NCBI GenBank assembly: GCA_013265495.1
Contig: MU058384.1
Span: forward strand, 6,468,956-6,532,955
Reading direction: 5' to 3'
Source of the DNA: Vicugna vicugna
Taxonomy: Eukaryota
DNA length: 64,000 nucleotides
Numbering within the stretch: position 1 is the stretch's first letter; every line of letters starts with the position of its first letter. Positions 1 to 11,614 of the stretch are shown piece after piece. Position numbers and translations under genes: made by a program. The notes under the pieces were generated by a model that searched no databases, was not told the origin of the DNA, and saw nothing but the letters and a program-made list of their open reading frames with translations.

Positions 1-132
1 ATATTAACTTGGAATTTGCACATGGGGATTTCCAAATGAGGTAGCAGGCATATGATATTTCTCCAGCAGTTTTTACACTGTGCGAACAGTAAGTAAGAAA
101 GAGTGACATAAAAGAAAACACTAAGAACTGTT

Positions 133-266
133 GGGGAGGGGTGGCTATAGCTCAGTGGTAGAGTGCATGCTTAGCACTCCTGGGTTCAATCCCCAGTACC
201 TCCATTAAAATAAATAAATAAGTAAATAAAAACCTAATTACCTACCCCCCCCAATTAAAAAAAAAA
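133..266 (+). mobile_element. vic-1-like tRNA-Ala-derived SINE (long-tail form, small internal deletion)
   Basis: GGGGAGGGG..TAGCTCAGTGGTAGAG (A box)..GGGTTCAATCCCCAGTACCTCCA (B box), then (TAAA)n, AAACCTAATTACC and poly(A); about 10 nt of the anticodon 3' side missing relative to the other copies. Confidence 0.9.
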
Positions 267-1693
267 GAATTCTAAAATAAAACACTAAGCATTCACAATT
301 TTGTTTCCGTTTATCCTGACATTGTTATTTAAGCGAAACTGTCTAAACTTAAAATCTAAGCATAGGATACAAGAGCCCAATAGTGCCCTCAGTCATCTGC
401 ATGTGGCTTTCATTCAAATAAGAAGCAACTTCACAAGCCGAATACAGGTAACTATCCCAAGAAATCCATCTGAATTTCCTGTATCATGATATGAAGATAG
501 ACCCCAACTAAGAAAACCCAAAACTAAAACCAAAATATCCAGGTAAAGTCAGAACTTACATGGAACAGCTTCTACCAATCAATAAGAATCCTTTCGTGTT
601 AACGGAGTGGAACAAAGGATTCTATTAATTCAGTTGTCTGGGCAGGAATGTAGGCTCTCAAGAACCTATGAGTATGTTCAGATTTTGTAGGGAAAGGTAA
701 TGACTTTCTCTTCCTACTTTCTCACATCCTTAGATTGAGCCACCATGAAGAGAGTGAAAACACCGTAGAAGAGTTCAGTCCTGAAGTGGGCAGAAAGAGG
801 CTGAACTTGAAAAACTCATACCCCCGGGGCCTCCAGTGTTTTTTGATACAACAAGCTTCAGTACCACCCACAAGCTTGTGTAAACTCACAAGGGGCCACA
901 GCTTTTGACAGACTTTATGAAGACCAGGTCAACTGGTTCAGACAGCCTCTTTTTCTCTCAAGCTCCGAGATGAGTTACCTGCCTTCTGTCACATGTCTTC
1001 TGTCTCCTTTTTGCCATTAGCTACTTCTAGTTGGGAGAAAATTTTCCCCAGTCCTGAAGCTGTCAGCTAAATAATTCTTGACTCCTCTATTCCTACCACA
1101 TAAGTGAAATCAAGGAATCACAGTGTCATTCAACACTAGAGTCATTCAAATTACAAGGGTTGAAGAATGGTTTCCTTATAGCTAGCCTCCATGATTTATT
1201 CCATATTCCTCCCATTTAAGTCCATGCTATATACCAGAAAGATTTTCCTAAAATGAAACATTTCCTATTTTTTCAATTTCCTCTTCTATTTTAAATCTTG
1301 GTTCCTCATTACTTATATCAATAAATAATGTGATTCCAAATACAGCATACCCTCCAAAAAATCATGAAATACCCTTATCCTTCAATATACTAGACTTGCT
1401 CTTTCTAAAACATCTCCTGAAGAAGGTCTGCTGAATTGGGGCTCTTTTTCTTAAACAACTTCAACTCACTTTTGCAGGCAAAGATGGAACTAAAAAATTG
1501 CCAACTGGTATGAGAAGAACCTGATTTTGAGGAGAAGGGGAAAAAGACAAAAGGAGAGAAGAACCATGGAAATGGAGAAGAGGAGAGAAGGCAAGATTTC
1601 TCTGATAGTTACAACAATAGCCTTGCAGGTGCCCAATACCTACAAGGATAACGGGGGACAGGGATAAGAGGGATAAGGCAGAATGGTCACTCA

Positions 1694-3199
1694 CAGGGCC
1701 AGCTTCCTGGACATGTGATCTGTGCAGTTGCATTGGGTCCCACACTCAGAAGGGCCTTGCACTTGGTTTAATGTTCTTCTGTCAGCATCTTGAAATTCTT
1801 GATAATTTTACTTTTGACCTTGTGTTTTACAATAATGCTCTATATGTGTGTCCACTGTTCCTTGCCACCCTGTAAGCACAGAATTCTGGTGGACTCACAA
1901 TGTGTGGGAGTTCATTGAGACTTTGAGTACAAGCTAAATGTGTCATGTCTACACCTGAGTGAGCAGGGTGCTGACAACTCCAAGAGGCCATGCTTTTCTT
2001 GGAAACTAGAACATGCTTTGAATGCAGAAAGAAAGCATTGATGCTCTAAGAAACACAACTACCAAAGGACCCTCTCATGTCTTTTCTTACTGATGTTACT
2101 TCCCTGAATTAGCCAACCACTTTTTGCTGGAAATGATGACATAGAAGCAAAGGGAGAAATGGGGCAACTCATAGATCCCTTTCCTTTTAGACTTTCTATA
2201 AGCTAAAGATAGAGACTGTTGATAAGCCTAAATGTCCATGGATGGATGGATAAAGAAGATATGGTGGATATATATACAATGGAATACTACTCGGCCATAA
2301 AAAGAATGAAATAATCCCATTTGCAGCAATATGGAAGAACCTAGAGATGATCATACTAAGTGAAGTAAGTCAGAGAAAGATAAATATCATATGATACCAC
2401 TTATAAGTGGAATCTTAAAAAAAAAGTAGAAATTAACCTATTTACAAAATAGAAATAGTCTCACAGACAAAAAACAAACATGGTTATCAAAGGAGGAGCA
2501 GGGAGAGGGATAAATTTGGAATTTGTGATTAACAGACAGACTACTATATATAAAATAGTTAAACAACAAAAACCTACTGTATAGCATAGGGAACTATATG
2601 GGAACTATAGTCACTATCTTGTAATAATCTATAATAGAAAATAATCTGAAAAATAGAGGTATATATATATATAAAACGGAATCACTTTGTTGTACACCTG
2701 AAACATTGTAAATCAACTATGCTTCAATAAAAAAATAAAAAATTTTTAAAAAAGAATGTGTGTGTCTTTGGACAAATGAAGTAAAAACTGGTTATGTTTT
2801 GTGCAGTGGTTTTGCACACATTCTTAACAAGAATGCATGTATGAGCTATGATATATGAATTTTGTAATTTTGGTGATTTCACATATGAGTCAAATGCTCT
2901 TAAATCTGCATCTAAAAATAGCACTGCTCCATATAAAGATGAATGGCAAACTTCATATTAATAATGAACAATTTTAATTTTTCTTTAGTGAGAACATTAA
3001 AAGCAAATAAAAAAACCACCATGGCAAGTTGAGAGACACCACAGACACACAGACACCACAGAAGAAACAAAAAAAGCTTCATGTTACAGGACACACATTT
3101 AGAACACATTAATAGCACATTTTCTTGCTTTTTGAACAAGCCCCTCGCCCCCGCTATTTCATTTTGCACTGGGCCCCACAAACCCTGTACCCAGCCCTG
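1694..3199 (+). mobile_element. MER45B-like hAT-Tip100 DNA transposon, split by an L1 insertion
   Basis: Starts CAGGGCCAGCTTC..GTGCAGT..CTCAGAAGGGCC and ends TTTTGCACTGGGCCCCAC..CCAGCCCTG (CAGGGC/GCCCTG inverted termini); about 975 bp remain after removing the L1. Confidence 0.85.
2226..2752 (+). mobile_element. L1 3' end (cetartiodactyl/camelid-type 3' UTR) nested in MER45B
   Basis: CCTAAATGTCCA..GGAATACTACTCGGCCATAAAAAGAATGAAATAAT..CTACTGTATAGCATAGGGAACTAT..AAATCAACTAT..AATAAAA and A-rich tail. Confidence 0.9.
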
Positions 3200-5119
3200 C
3201 CCCTTCATTACCTCCAATTCTCCTTTAGATTCATAATTGGAATGAATTTATTACTCAAACTTTCTGTAAAGGCTTCTTGATAGGTTTTTCTCTACCTTAT
3301 GGCTTGAAAAATTAGTTTTAGGACCAGTTGAGGTATGAACTACATACTCCCCTTCTCCCATAATTGGGGTGTAGTCAGAATCAGGGCTGTGGGGAACTGA
3401 AAAAGTAGTTCAACCCCTGAGAAAATTTCTCCTAATTTATCACCTTTTCAACAATTTTTAAAGGTAATATATTCACATGACAGTTGTTAGGACCATAGGG
3501 AAAAGGTGCCTGAGGACCTCCTGTGAAACACTCAATTGAAATATCAAAGTTCAGAACATGAGATATCTGGACACCGGGCTGGGCTTCTTGAGGACAGAGG
3601 CACTTTCTTGAGTACAGAGATGCCAGCACTCAACTCAGTGGCCAGCACAGAGTGAACTCACTGAGGACTGCTTAAGAAAGAAATCCAGAGGCTTCCCTTG
3701 GTCCCACAATTTGTAACAGATGTAACTCTGAAAATACTGTCCTCCTCAACTATCTTCTAATTTTCCCCCCAGTAATAAAAATAAAGGAAAGGTAGGTAAA
3801 ACAACAAAGATATGCAGATATAATAATAAGACGGAAAAAACTACTGTCTTCTTTTAAATTTGGGACCTTTTGCCTTGCTAAGAATCTGGAGTGATTGGCG
3901 GGTTGGGGGATTGAGCAGAACTGCTCGGCCCCCTAGAAGGGGTGGGGAGAAGGAGGGAGACTGAACTGCAGCCCTGGGGAAGGGGAAAGGGGGTGTCTTC
4001 CCAGGCAGCTCAGTAAACAGAGACTCCGTAGAAATGTCTAAAGGAGATATTTCAAATGGTGGTTGGTGGTTTTATGATGAAATTCTCTCTTAGCTTTATC
4101 TTGACACGAAGTCTACAGTTTCTTGATGGAAGTGGATTTGCATATTTGAAGAAGGCTGGATCTGGGGTACAGACTGAGATGGGATAGGAGGAGGGGAGGG
4201 TTGGATGGAAGCTCTGAGGATTGTGCAATAGCTGACACCAATTTGAATGATACAGATTTTAAAAGATTGTCTTTAGTATTTAAGAGGCTAGGAAATTAGC
4301 TAATTTTCCACTCAATATTCTCTTTTCCTGATAACTTCTGGCTCTTCAACTTGACTTCTTTTTGGGCACAAAATCAATTTCCCTCATTCCTTGGTGCCTC
4401 TCCAAAGGAAAGAACTAACTCCAGTGTCTCCAGTTTTACCATCTAGCATTTTGTCCGGCAAGTGGACTCCTTGGAAAGATGATAAAAGAGAAATGTCAGT
4501 AGAGATACGTGGCAAAGACAGAGAACATTTTCATTATAAGGGGAAAGCCTGTCTCCCTGGCCACCCTCAGTGACCTATTTCCTCCACTCTAAGTATAGAA
4601 CAACAGGGCTTTCCTCACACCTGCCCCTGATGCTGCCAGCTCTGGGAGATTGAGTGTCTACTCTAATTTAAACTCTACATGTAAACAATATGCCTCAGCC
4701 ATTCTTTCAACATATTAACATTTTTTTCTTTAAAAAATCACACTAATGATAATTGTTAATGCACAGTATGTGCTGCTCCTTATAAGTTGCTAGGTTTAAA
4801 CTTCAATTTCCACCATTACTCATAAATGAGGGGAAAAAAAAGTTTTCTTGGTCTGCCTCTGTGTTTTGGACTTTGGCATAGAGTGTCTCAGCTTTGAGAA
4901 ATTTATTTTCTGGACAGAGCAGCCACTAGTGGTCACTGGCCTCGTGAAGATGAATCACTTTGGTTCCAAATGGAAATCATAGGTAATCACTCACAATACT
5001 TGCCTTGTGTTGATTCACGGTACAGTGGCCTTCAAGCCCCAGAGGCCTCACCTGTCCCTGTGGCCTGAAGAAACCATTTGTGGTTTTGATCACGTGTGGT
5101 TCTCTGCCTCCAGCTTCCC

Positions 5120-5330
5120 CTTTCTGGTCAATCCATCACATTCGGACAAAGTCGGCTTTCTACAACACAAATTATGTAGTGCTAGTCCCTGCTTAGAAAG
5201 CTTCCAAGACTCCCTACTGATTTCAGAAGAATTCAAATCCCTTAGCATATAAAAGGCCCTTTATTAATCAGGACTCAACCTACCTATCTGGTACTTTCTC
5301 TGTCTGCCTCTCCCCTCACCTGTCCATCCT
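5120..5330 (+). mobile_element. L2 fragment
   Basis: Degenerate L2-like tract CCCTGCTTAGAAAGCTTCCAAGACTCCC..AAATCCCTTAGCAT..AAGGCCCTT. Confidence 0.6.
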
Positions 5331-5509
5331 TGCCCTTTCTTTAAATATATTCTTTAATATTCCAGTAATTCTAGTTAGCAGTGATTCATGGGATCAGGGA
5401 TATTCATTTATTTGTTCATTTAATATTGAACATTAAGCCTTACTTCTTTATTTTTGTACTGATGCAAGGAGAAGAAATTGGTGGAATGCTACCCATTTGG
5501 CCAAATGTT

Positions 5510-5670
5510 GTTTATCCAATTCTTACAGGAGTCATTTGGGACATTTGATAAAAATGCAGATTTTTCAGCACCACCTCAGACCTGAATCAGGATCTTTGGA
5601 AATAGACTATGAGAATCTGAACGTTAAGCAAGTTACTCATGTCTATTTGTTCTACCCTAGAATTTGAGTA
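5510..5670. mobile_element. MER5A-like hAT-Charlie MITE
   Basis: AAAAATGCAGATT..CACCTCAGACCTGAATCAG..GAATCTG..AATTTGAG core. Confidence 0.6.
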
Positions 5671-6299
5671 TTTCATGTATTTGACATTAAAAGCAAAAGC
5701 ATTTGCCTTATAAGTCATACTATCTGTTTCATCTCAACAATTTCTATGTCTCTCAAACATTACTATCCTGACAATGCTTACCGTACACTGTATTCTATAT
5801 AGGACATACATTGTCAAGAACAGACAGAGTTCGCCAAGGCTTATTATTGATTGGACAAGAAAGAAAGGCTGAAACTTACCTATAGATATTCTGAAAACTA
5901 AAGGAAATGTGCCAGGATGCTCAGGTTTTGTTGGAATTCTATGACTAGAACCGAAAATATTTGATCTTGGAAGCCTTCAGGGAGGTAGACCATTTTGAGA
6001 AGAAAATCATTCTGATTTTAGAAAGGCACAAAAACGAAACTTGGCAGATTTGTGAACCCTGATCAAGTTAAGAGTCTACCTTAGTATGTGAAAGGAAAAG
6101 AGAGAAGTTAGACATGGAGACGAAACTGAGCCTAGTAGTTAGAAAGATTTAGAAGCACATAAGTAGAGGATTTTGATAGGGAATATATTCAACAATTATT
6201 TATTAGATCTGATGTGAGCAGCAATATAGTTCCAAGAAATATAAAGTCATTCAGTGACAATAACTGATGTTCTCTCAACAATTATTTATATATTCACTC

Positions 6300-6855
6300 A
6301 ACTGACTCTCAGTATCACTTCCACCCTTCCTCCTCTGAATAGCAGCAATACAATGTGAGGAATTTCCTTTCATTCATGGGGTAGATCATTCTGGCTAAAA
6401 GTAACCTTTTCTCTCTTGTCAATGGTTGTTTAAGAAAGGGGCTTATGATCTAATTCTGGACAATGAGATGAGAAGAAATGTTTGCTGGAGGATAATAAAG
6501 ATACAGGGAACCAATTTCTCTTCCCTGTTGGACAAGAAGAAAGAAGCATACGACTTCAATTTCTGACATGAGGGGAGCTATCTTTGGATGAAACCAACAC
6601 AATTGTTGAGGGTAAATTGATATGGAAGGAACTTGCTGAATTAACCATCCCAGAAGTCTGCACTACCTTTGCTTGTTTCCTTATATGAACTAATGCATTT
6701 CCTTACTTTTTAAGCTTGACTGTTTTTCCCCAGTTTTATTGAGAAGTGATGGATATATATCAGTGTATAAGTTTAAGTCATTCAGCATGATGGTTTATTT
6801 ACAGATACTGCATTGAATAGTTTTCCTTGCAGCCAGATACATCTTAACTGATATA
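6300..6855 (+). mobile_element. ERVL LTR (LTR16/LTR33-like), interrupted near its 3' end
   Basis: ATTCTGGACAATGAGATGAGAAGAAATGTTTGCTGG..CTGACATGAGGGGAG..TTTCCTTACTTTTTAAGC..TTGCAGCCAGATACATCTTAACTGATATA terminus. Confidence 0.6.
6722..6812 (-). mobile_element. short L1 extreme 3' end inserted in the ERVL LTR
   Basis: TTTTTCCCCAGTTTTATTGAGA..GTGTATAAGTTTAAG..CAGCATGATGGTT is the reverse complement of an L1 3' terminus. Confidence 0.6.
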
Positions 6856-6968
6856 TGTGCATAACAATTTTTACATGTCGCATTTGATCCTCAGTAACCT
6901 CGTTCAGGATGAATATTCCCTGCTAATAAAAATGGAGAAGAGAAAACTTAAAAGTGAAGAAAATATTT

Positions 6969-7064
6969 GGGGGATGGGGGGCATTGCTCAGTGGTAGAGC
7001 ACGTGCCTGGCATGCACGAGATTCTGGGTTCAATCCCTAGTGCCTCTGTTAAGAAGGAAAAAAA
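6969..7064 (+). mobile_element. vic-1-like SINE (short form)
   Basis: GCTCAGTGGTAGAGCACGTGCCTGGCATGCACGAGATTCTGGGTTCAATCCC, A-rich tail, AGAAAATA on both flanks (candidate TSD). Confidence 0.88.
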
Positions 7065-7149
7065 GAAAATACCAGAAAGTTTTTTTTTTTTTTTTTACCA
7101 AAGTCCAAGCATGAGGATGGGGATTTAGAAATATACAGTGTGGAAGCAA

Positions 7150-7391
7150 GCTAACAATCACTGAGTGTCTTCTGAATGAAAATCACTCTAAGCACTTCAC
7201 AGGTTACCTAAGTTTAATTTTTATAATTCTACAAGTTCGATATTACTACCCTTATTTTACAGATGAGTAAACTGAAGCTTAAAGAGTTTAAGGAATTTAC
7301 CCAAGTCACAATGTGTTGCAAACATGGATTCAAACTTGGATTTTTAGTCAGCACATTCCATGCTCTTTCCACTTCACCACAAACTGCTTCT
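7150..7391 (-). mobile_element. MIR SINE
   Basis: MIR core reverse complement TTATTTTACAGATGAGTAAACTGAAGCTTAAAGAG..TTTACCCAAGTCACA..GGATTCAAAC. Confidence 0.85.
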
Positions 7392-8139
7392 TGTGAAAAA
7401 GCATTTCCTATGAGTGAGGTCTCATAAAGGAATGATTGTGAGGGCTTGGTAATGGGAATACCTAAATCACAGAACATTAGAAGAAGATGCCAAGTCTTCA
7501 TGATGGCAGCGATAGTGTGGTAATGGTGAACGCAATGAAACATGGAGAAATAAAGCTCTGATAAAGGATGTCAAAATGGTATTAGCAAGGAATTCAAAGG
7601 CAGAGTTAAAATGAATATTTGGGAGTTACTAGCATATTGCACAGGGGTCACAAACAAATCTTTGGGGAAACTCAGTGAAGGATATGAGAATAGGAGGAAA
7701 CAGCAAAACAGAGAATAAAATGTATGAGAAACATGGGCTCAATTATAAGCAAAATCATATGTTAGATGCCTGGAAGAAGCGTTCAGGAAGACTATGAAGA
7801 AAGCCTGTCAAAATGAAAAATGGACTAATTCATCATTATACTTTTGTAGTCTCATATTTCCAGATGCAGTAAAGTAGTTGAACCAGGTTTATCTGCCTAC
7901 TCATTTGAGCAAAGAACTACCTGGGGAAATACCCCAAATTTGAGAGGTTGGCAGAAATTAGACTTTCAATTCTCTTGCATTCCCAATGCAATAAATTTCT
8001 AGTTGCTTGGAGGGGAAGGGAGCTTATAGGGTACCTGTTATAGGGAGACTCCACTAAGAATTACACATGCAATTCTTGATCCAGTATGTTGCATGGATCT
8101 CAGAATAAAGCTTCACCCTGAAAGCTGGCAGAGAAGTGA

Positions 8140-8305
8140 TGGATATTTGATCCTCATAATAACCATGTGGAGTTCCTGTGTTTGCTCCTGTTTTACATTT
8201 GAAGAAGGGCAGCTCAGAAGGGTTAAGTCAGTAGCCACAGGTTATGCCACTTGAGGGGGTAAAAGCAGGATTAGAAAATATGTTCATATGATTCTAAAGC
8301 TCTGT
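8140..8305 (-). mobile_element. MIR fragment
   Basis: TTTGATCCTCATAATAACCATGTG..TTTTACATTTGAAG..GCTCAGAAGGGTTAAGT. Confidence 0.65.
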
Positions 8306-8529
8306 ATTTATCCATTTCTTGTAGATCTTTCACCCAAACTTTACTTCAAATAGTCCATCCAAGAGAAAAAAATATATAAAGTAACAGATTCAAAGGCAAT
8401 AAATAATACCAGTTATTTATTCAAAACAGCAACAGTTTAGCTCAATCACTATACTCTTTACAGTACTTTCTAAACAATGTTCACATACACAACATTGTAG
8501 AATTTACCCTTCTAGTTTAAACAACTAGA

Positions 8530-9400
8530 GATCCAAACAAAATCTCTAAGACAATGGTTTCCAGGCACCTAACATAGGCAGCACAGGTCAGTGATTCCTG
8601 AGAGATGGGAAGCAAATGCCAGCATCTCCAGTTATCTGCTAGGAGACTAGTGCCAGGACACAGTGCAGGGCTGGCAGACACAAGCGGAGCTTAGTGGGCT
8701 TGCTGAGTTGAGGAGACAGAGGCAGGAGTTTGGGGAGGCCACAGTGGCAAGAATTACAATGGTAGAATAAGAAAAAAGAGATCTGGACAGAAAGAGAACT
8801 GTAAAGATCTATAGAAGAGCTCCCTTAAAACTCTGACTGAACACTGCGGATACATAAGAAGAAAATTTCTGAATCCAGAGAAAGAACCACTGAAAAGAAG
8901 TATCTGGGGAAATCTCCCCAAGGCTCACATAGGACTAGAAATAGGTCGTGTTCTCAACAAGGTTTCAAAGACTTAGTCCTATGGAGTATAGAATTCTTAG
9001 ATGGTATTGCATCAGTAATAAGATAAATTAGCCCTTGACTAAAGGTTGTTCTGGATCCATCCTAACAAAGCTTAAAAGCAGATCTTAAAACTGATTTTTT
9101 TTAAAGTATGTGTATGCTAGAACAACTGAAATTATTTAAATAGTTTTTTTAAAAAAATCTAGCACCAAAAAATATAAAATTAACAATGTCTGGGATCCAA
9201 TCAAAAGTTACCAGGCAGCCAAAGAAGCAGGATAATACAACCAATAATGAGAAGAAAAACCGACCAATAGAAGCAGACCCAGCAAGGACAAGGATGATAA
9301 AATTAGTGCACAAGGACATTAAAATTGTAGTAAAATGAAAGGAACAGAATACTAAATGAAGGACAATGTCAAGTGGAATAACATACGTGTAATTGGAGTA
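8530..9400 (+). mobile_element. old L1M (L1MC/L1MD-like) 5' UTR/ORF1-start fragment
   Basis: GTGATTCCTGAGAGATGGGAA..AATGTCTGGGATCCAATCAAAAGTTACCAGGCAGCCAAAGAAGCAGGA..AATAGAAGCAGACCCAG. Confidence 0.75.
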
Positions 9401-9439
9401 CAACTACTATAATGCAGAACTAAATCCATTTAGTTTCAA

Positions 9440-9830
9440 TTTAGAGTTCAGTGAATGTACAAATACTGATCACAAACCATATGCCAATTACCATAATAAT
9501 TCATGTAATAAATGAAGAGTAAAGTACCTACTGTCCTGCTCTTAAGGATTTTATGGTCTCTTCAGGTGCAAAAGTCAAGGAGAAGCTTGGCTATTTGTTT
9601 AGTACAAGGCAGCATTTTTAGGCACCATAAAGAAAAATAAAATTTAGAGCTAGGCTCTGAGAAATGCTTTGTGGAGGAAGGGACACTTCAGCTGGGTATT
9701 TGAGAATGAGTAGAAATCTGAGGCATAATTATGGGACACAGAAAATATATTCTAGATGTAACAAAGTATTAAGAAAAATGCATAAGTGCCAGAGAATGAG
9801 GAGCATGTTTTGAGAATAGCAAATGCTATA
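9440..9830 (-). mobile_element. L2 fragment
   Basis: GTCCTGCTCTTAAGGA..GCTTTGTGGAGGAAGGGACACTTCAGCTGGG..GAATGAGTAGAA, typical of antisense L2. Confidence 0.55.
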
Positions 9831-10004
9831 TATAGTGCTTTATATCAATTAGGAAAGAAGGCATCTCTGCTCAGAATTTCAGAAAAGGATCTAGTATAGT
9901 TGAAATTCTGTTACCTCCCTAGTAATTCCTACTGTCCTTACCAGTTATTTTTTTAAAATTCAGGAAACAAATTAGAAATGCAATCTTTATGTTGTACTGG
10001 TGGA

Positions 10005-10477
10005 TGTGTTAGTTTGGTAGGTGTGCCACAAATTGGGAGGCTTAAATAACAACATGTATTGCTTCACAATTCTGGAAGCTAGAAGTCCAAGATCTAGAAG
10101 TTAACAGCATTGGTTTCTTCTGAAGGCTGTGCGGTAGAACATGAAATGTGCCTCTCTCCTAGCTTCTGGTGGTTTGCTGGCAATCTTTGGCTCTCCTTGG
10201 CTTGTAGATACAGCACCCCAAGCTCTGCCTCCATCTCCACATGGCATACTCCCTGAATGTGTCTGTTTACTTGTCCAAATTTTCCCTTTTTATAAGGACA
10301 CAGTCATATTAGATTAAGGGCCTAACCTACTCCATTAGGACCTCATCCTAATTTCAGTAATTGTGTTTACAATAACCCTATTTTCAAATGAGGAATAAAA
10401 AGTATCACATTCTTAGGTACTGGGGGTTAGGAGTTCAACATATGAACTTTGTGGGGGCTGCAACTCAACCTTTAACA
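10005..10477 (-). mobile_element. MaLR solo LTR, MLT1C-like
   Basis: TG..CA termini, 473 bp, CACAATTCTGGAAGCTAGAAGTCCAAGATC, CTCCTAGCTTCTGGTGGTTTGCTGGCAATCTTTGG; 5-bp flanks GTGGA/GTGGG (TSD, one mismatch). Confidence 0.9.
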
Positions 10478-10619
10478 GTGGGGAAATGTTAGCAACTGTG
10501 TAATAGGAGGATTTTGACCAGAACTGTTCTTCAGCAAGAGTCATTTGGCAGCTGTGTGTGAATCAGCCTCTGAAGGTCTCTGGCCACATCCTTCTCCTTT
10601 TGTCTTATATCCAAACACA

Positions 10620-11050
10620 CTCATATACTGCGACCTGTTCCCTAGATCTGCCAACACCTTTCCCTCCCTCTCTGCCCTCGCCAAGCCTGTTCCCAATCCT
10701 GGAACTTCTCTACCCTGCTTACGACTAATTCCTACTCATCCGTACTTCAATTCTTATCTCCTCAAGTGTTTTAATTATTTTTATAATACATAAGATAATA
10801 TATAGCACATTTTAGGAAGCCTTCCCTGAACATGATATGTCCCTTCTAAATGATGCAGTTCACAATCCTATTGTCATGACCTTGTCTTAAAAAATATAAT
10901 AATATTCATGCATTATCACATGTACTGTACTTTCTTATAATCTGTGTACATGGTTTTTCCTCCATGAAACCATGATACACTTCAGATTGGATATAGTGTC
11001 TAATTCATCCCCTACCTTTTGCAACTAGCACTGTGTGTGGTATTAAATAA
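10620..11050 (+). mobile_element. L2 3' fragment
   Basis: CTAATTCCTACTCATCC..AGGAAGCCTTCCCTGA..CTAGCACTGTGTGTGG. Confidence 0.6.
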
Positions 11051-11129
11051 AGACTAAAGGTAAGAATATGGCTAATTTCCTCCTCCTACTCCTTGAGGTT
11101 TATTCTTAAAAAATTTGATGTGGATCACA

Positions 11130-11352
11130 AAAACTAATATCTACATTGGGCTTGCTATATGCCTGACACTGTTTAAGTGCTTAAAATGTATTAACTCATT
11201 TAATCTTCACAAAAACCCAATGAGTTGGGTACTACTATTATCCCATTTAATAGATGGTGAATCAGGCACAGAGAGGCTCACTAACTTGCCTGAGATTACA
11301 CAGCAACTGAGTGGCAAATGCGACAGTCCAGCCCTTTGCCAAACTGCCTCTC
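11130..11352 (-). mobile_element. MIR SINE
   Basis: ATTAACTCATTTAATCTTCACAAAAACCCAATGAG..GGCACAGAGAGG..TAACTTGCCTGAGATTACACAGC. Confidence 0.88.
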
Positions 11353-11374
11353 AAAAACATTTGTTCTCTCAACC

Positions 11375-11550
11375 AGAGTCCTACACTTTGGAATCATTTC
11401 CAGCCCTGCCACTAACCAACTACATGATTTGGAGCAAGTAATTTAATTTCTCTGTCCTTTAATTTTTTCAGTTCTGAAATGGAAATAATAATACAATCCT
11501 CATACAATTAATACATGTGAAGCATTTAGAACAGTATCCAGCACAGGTAA
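11375..11550 (+). mobile_element. MIR SINE
   Basis: CCAGCCCTGCCACTAACC..TTGGAGCAAGTAATTTAATTTCTCTGT..GAAATGGAAATAATAATA..ATGTGAAGCATTTAGAACAGT. Confidence 0.85.
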
Positions 11551-11567
11551 GATCACCCTCTTCCCAG

Positions 11568-11599
<32 letters not shown>

Positions 11600-11614
11600 G
11601 AGACACACACACAC
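11568..11614. repeat. (CA)n microsatellite, interrupted
   Basis: Read directly from sequence. Confidence 0.95.
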
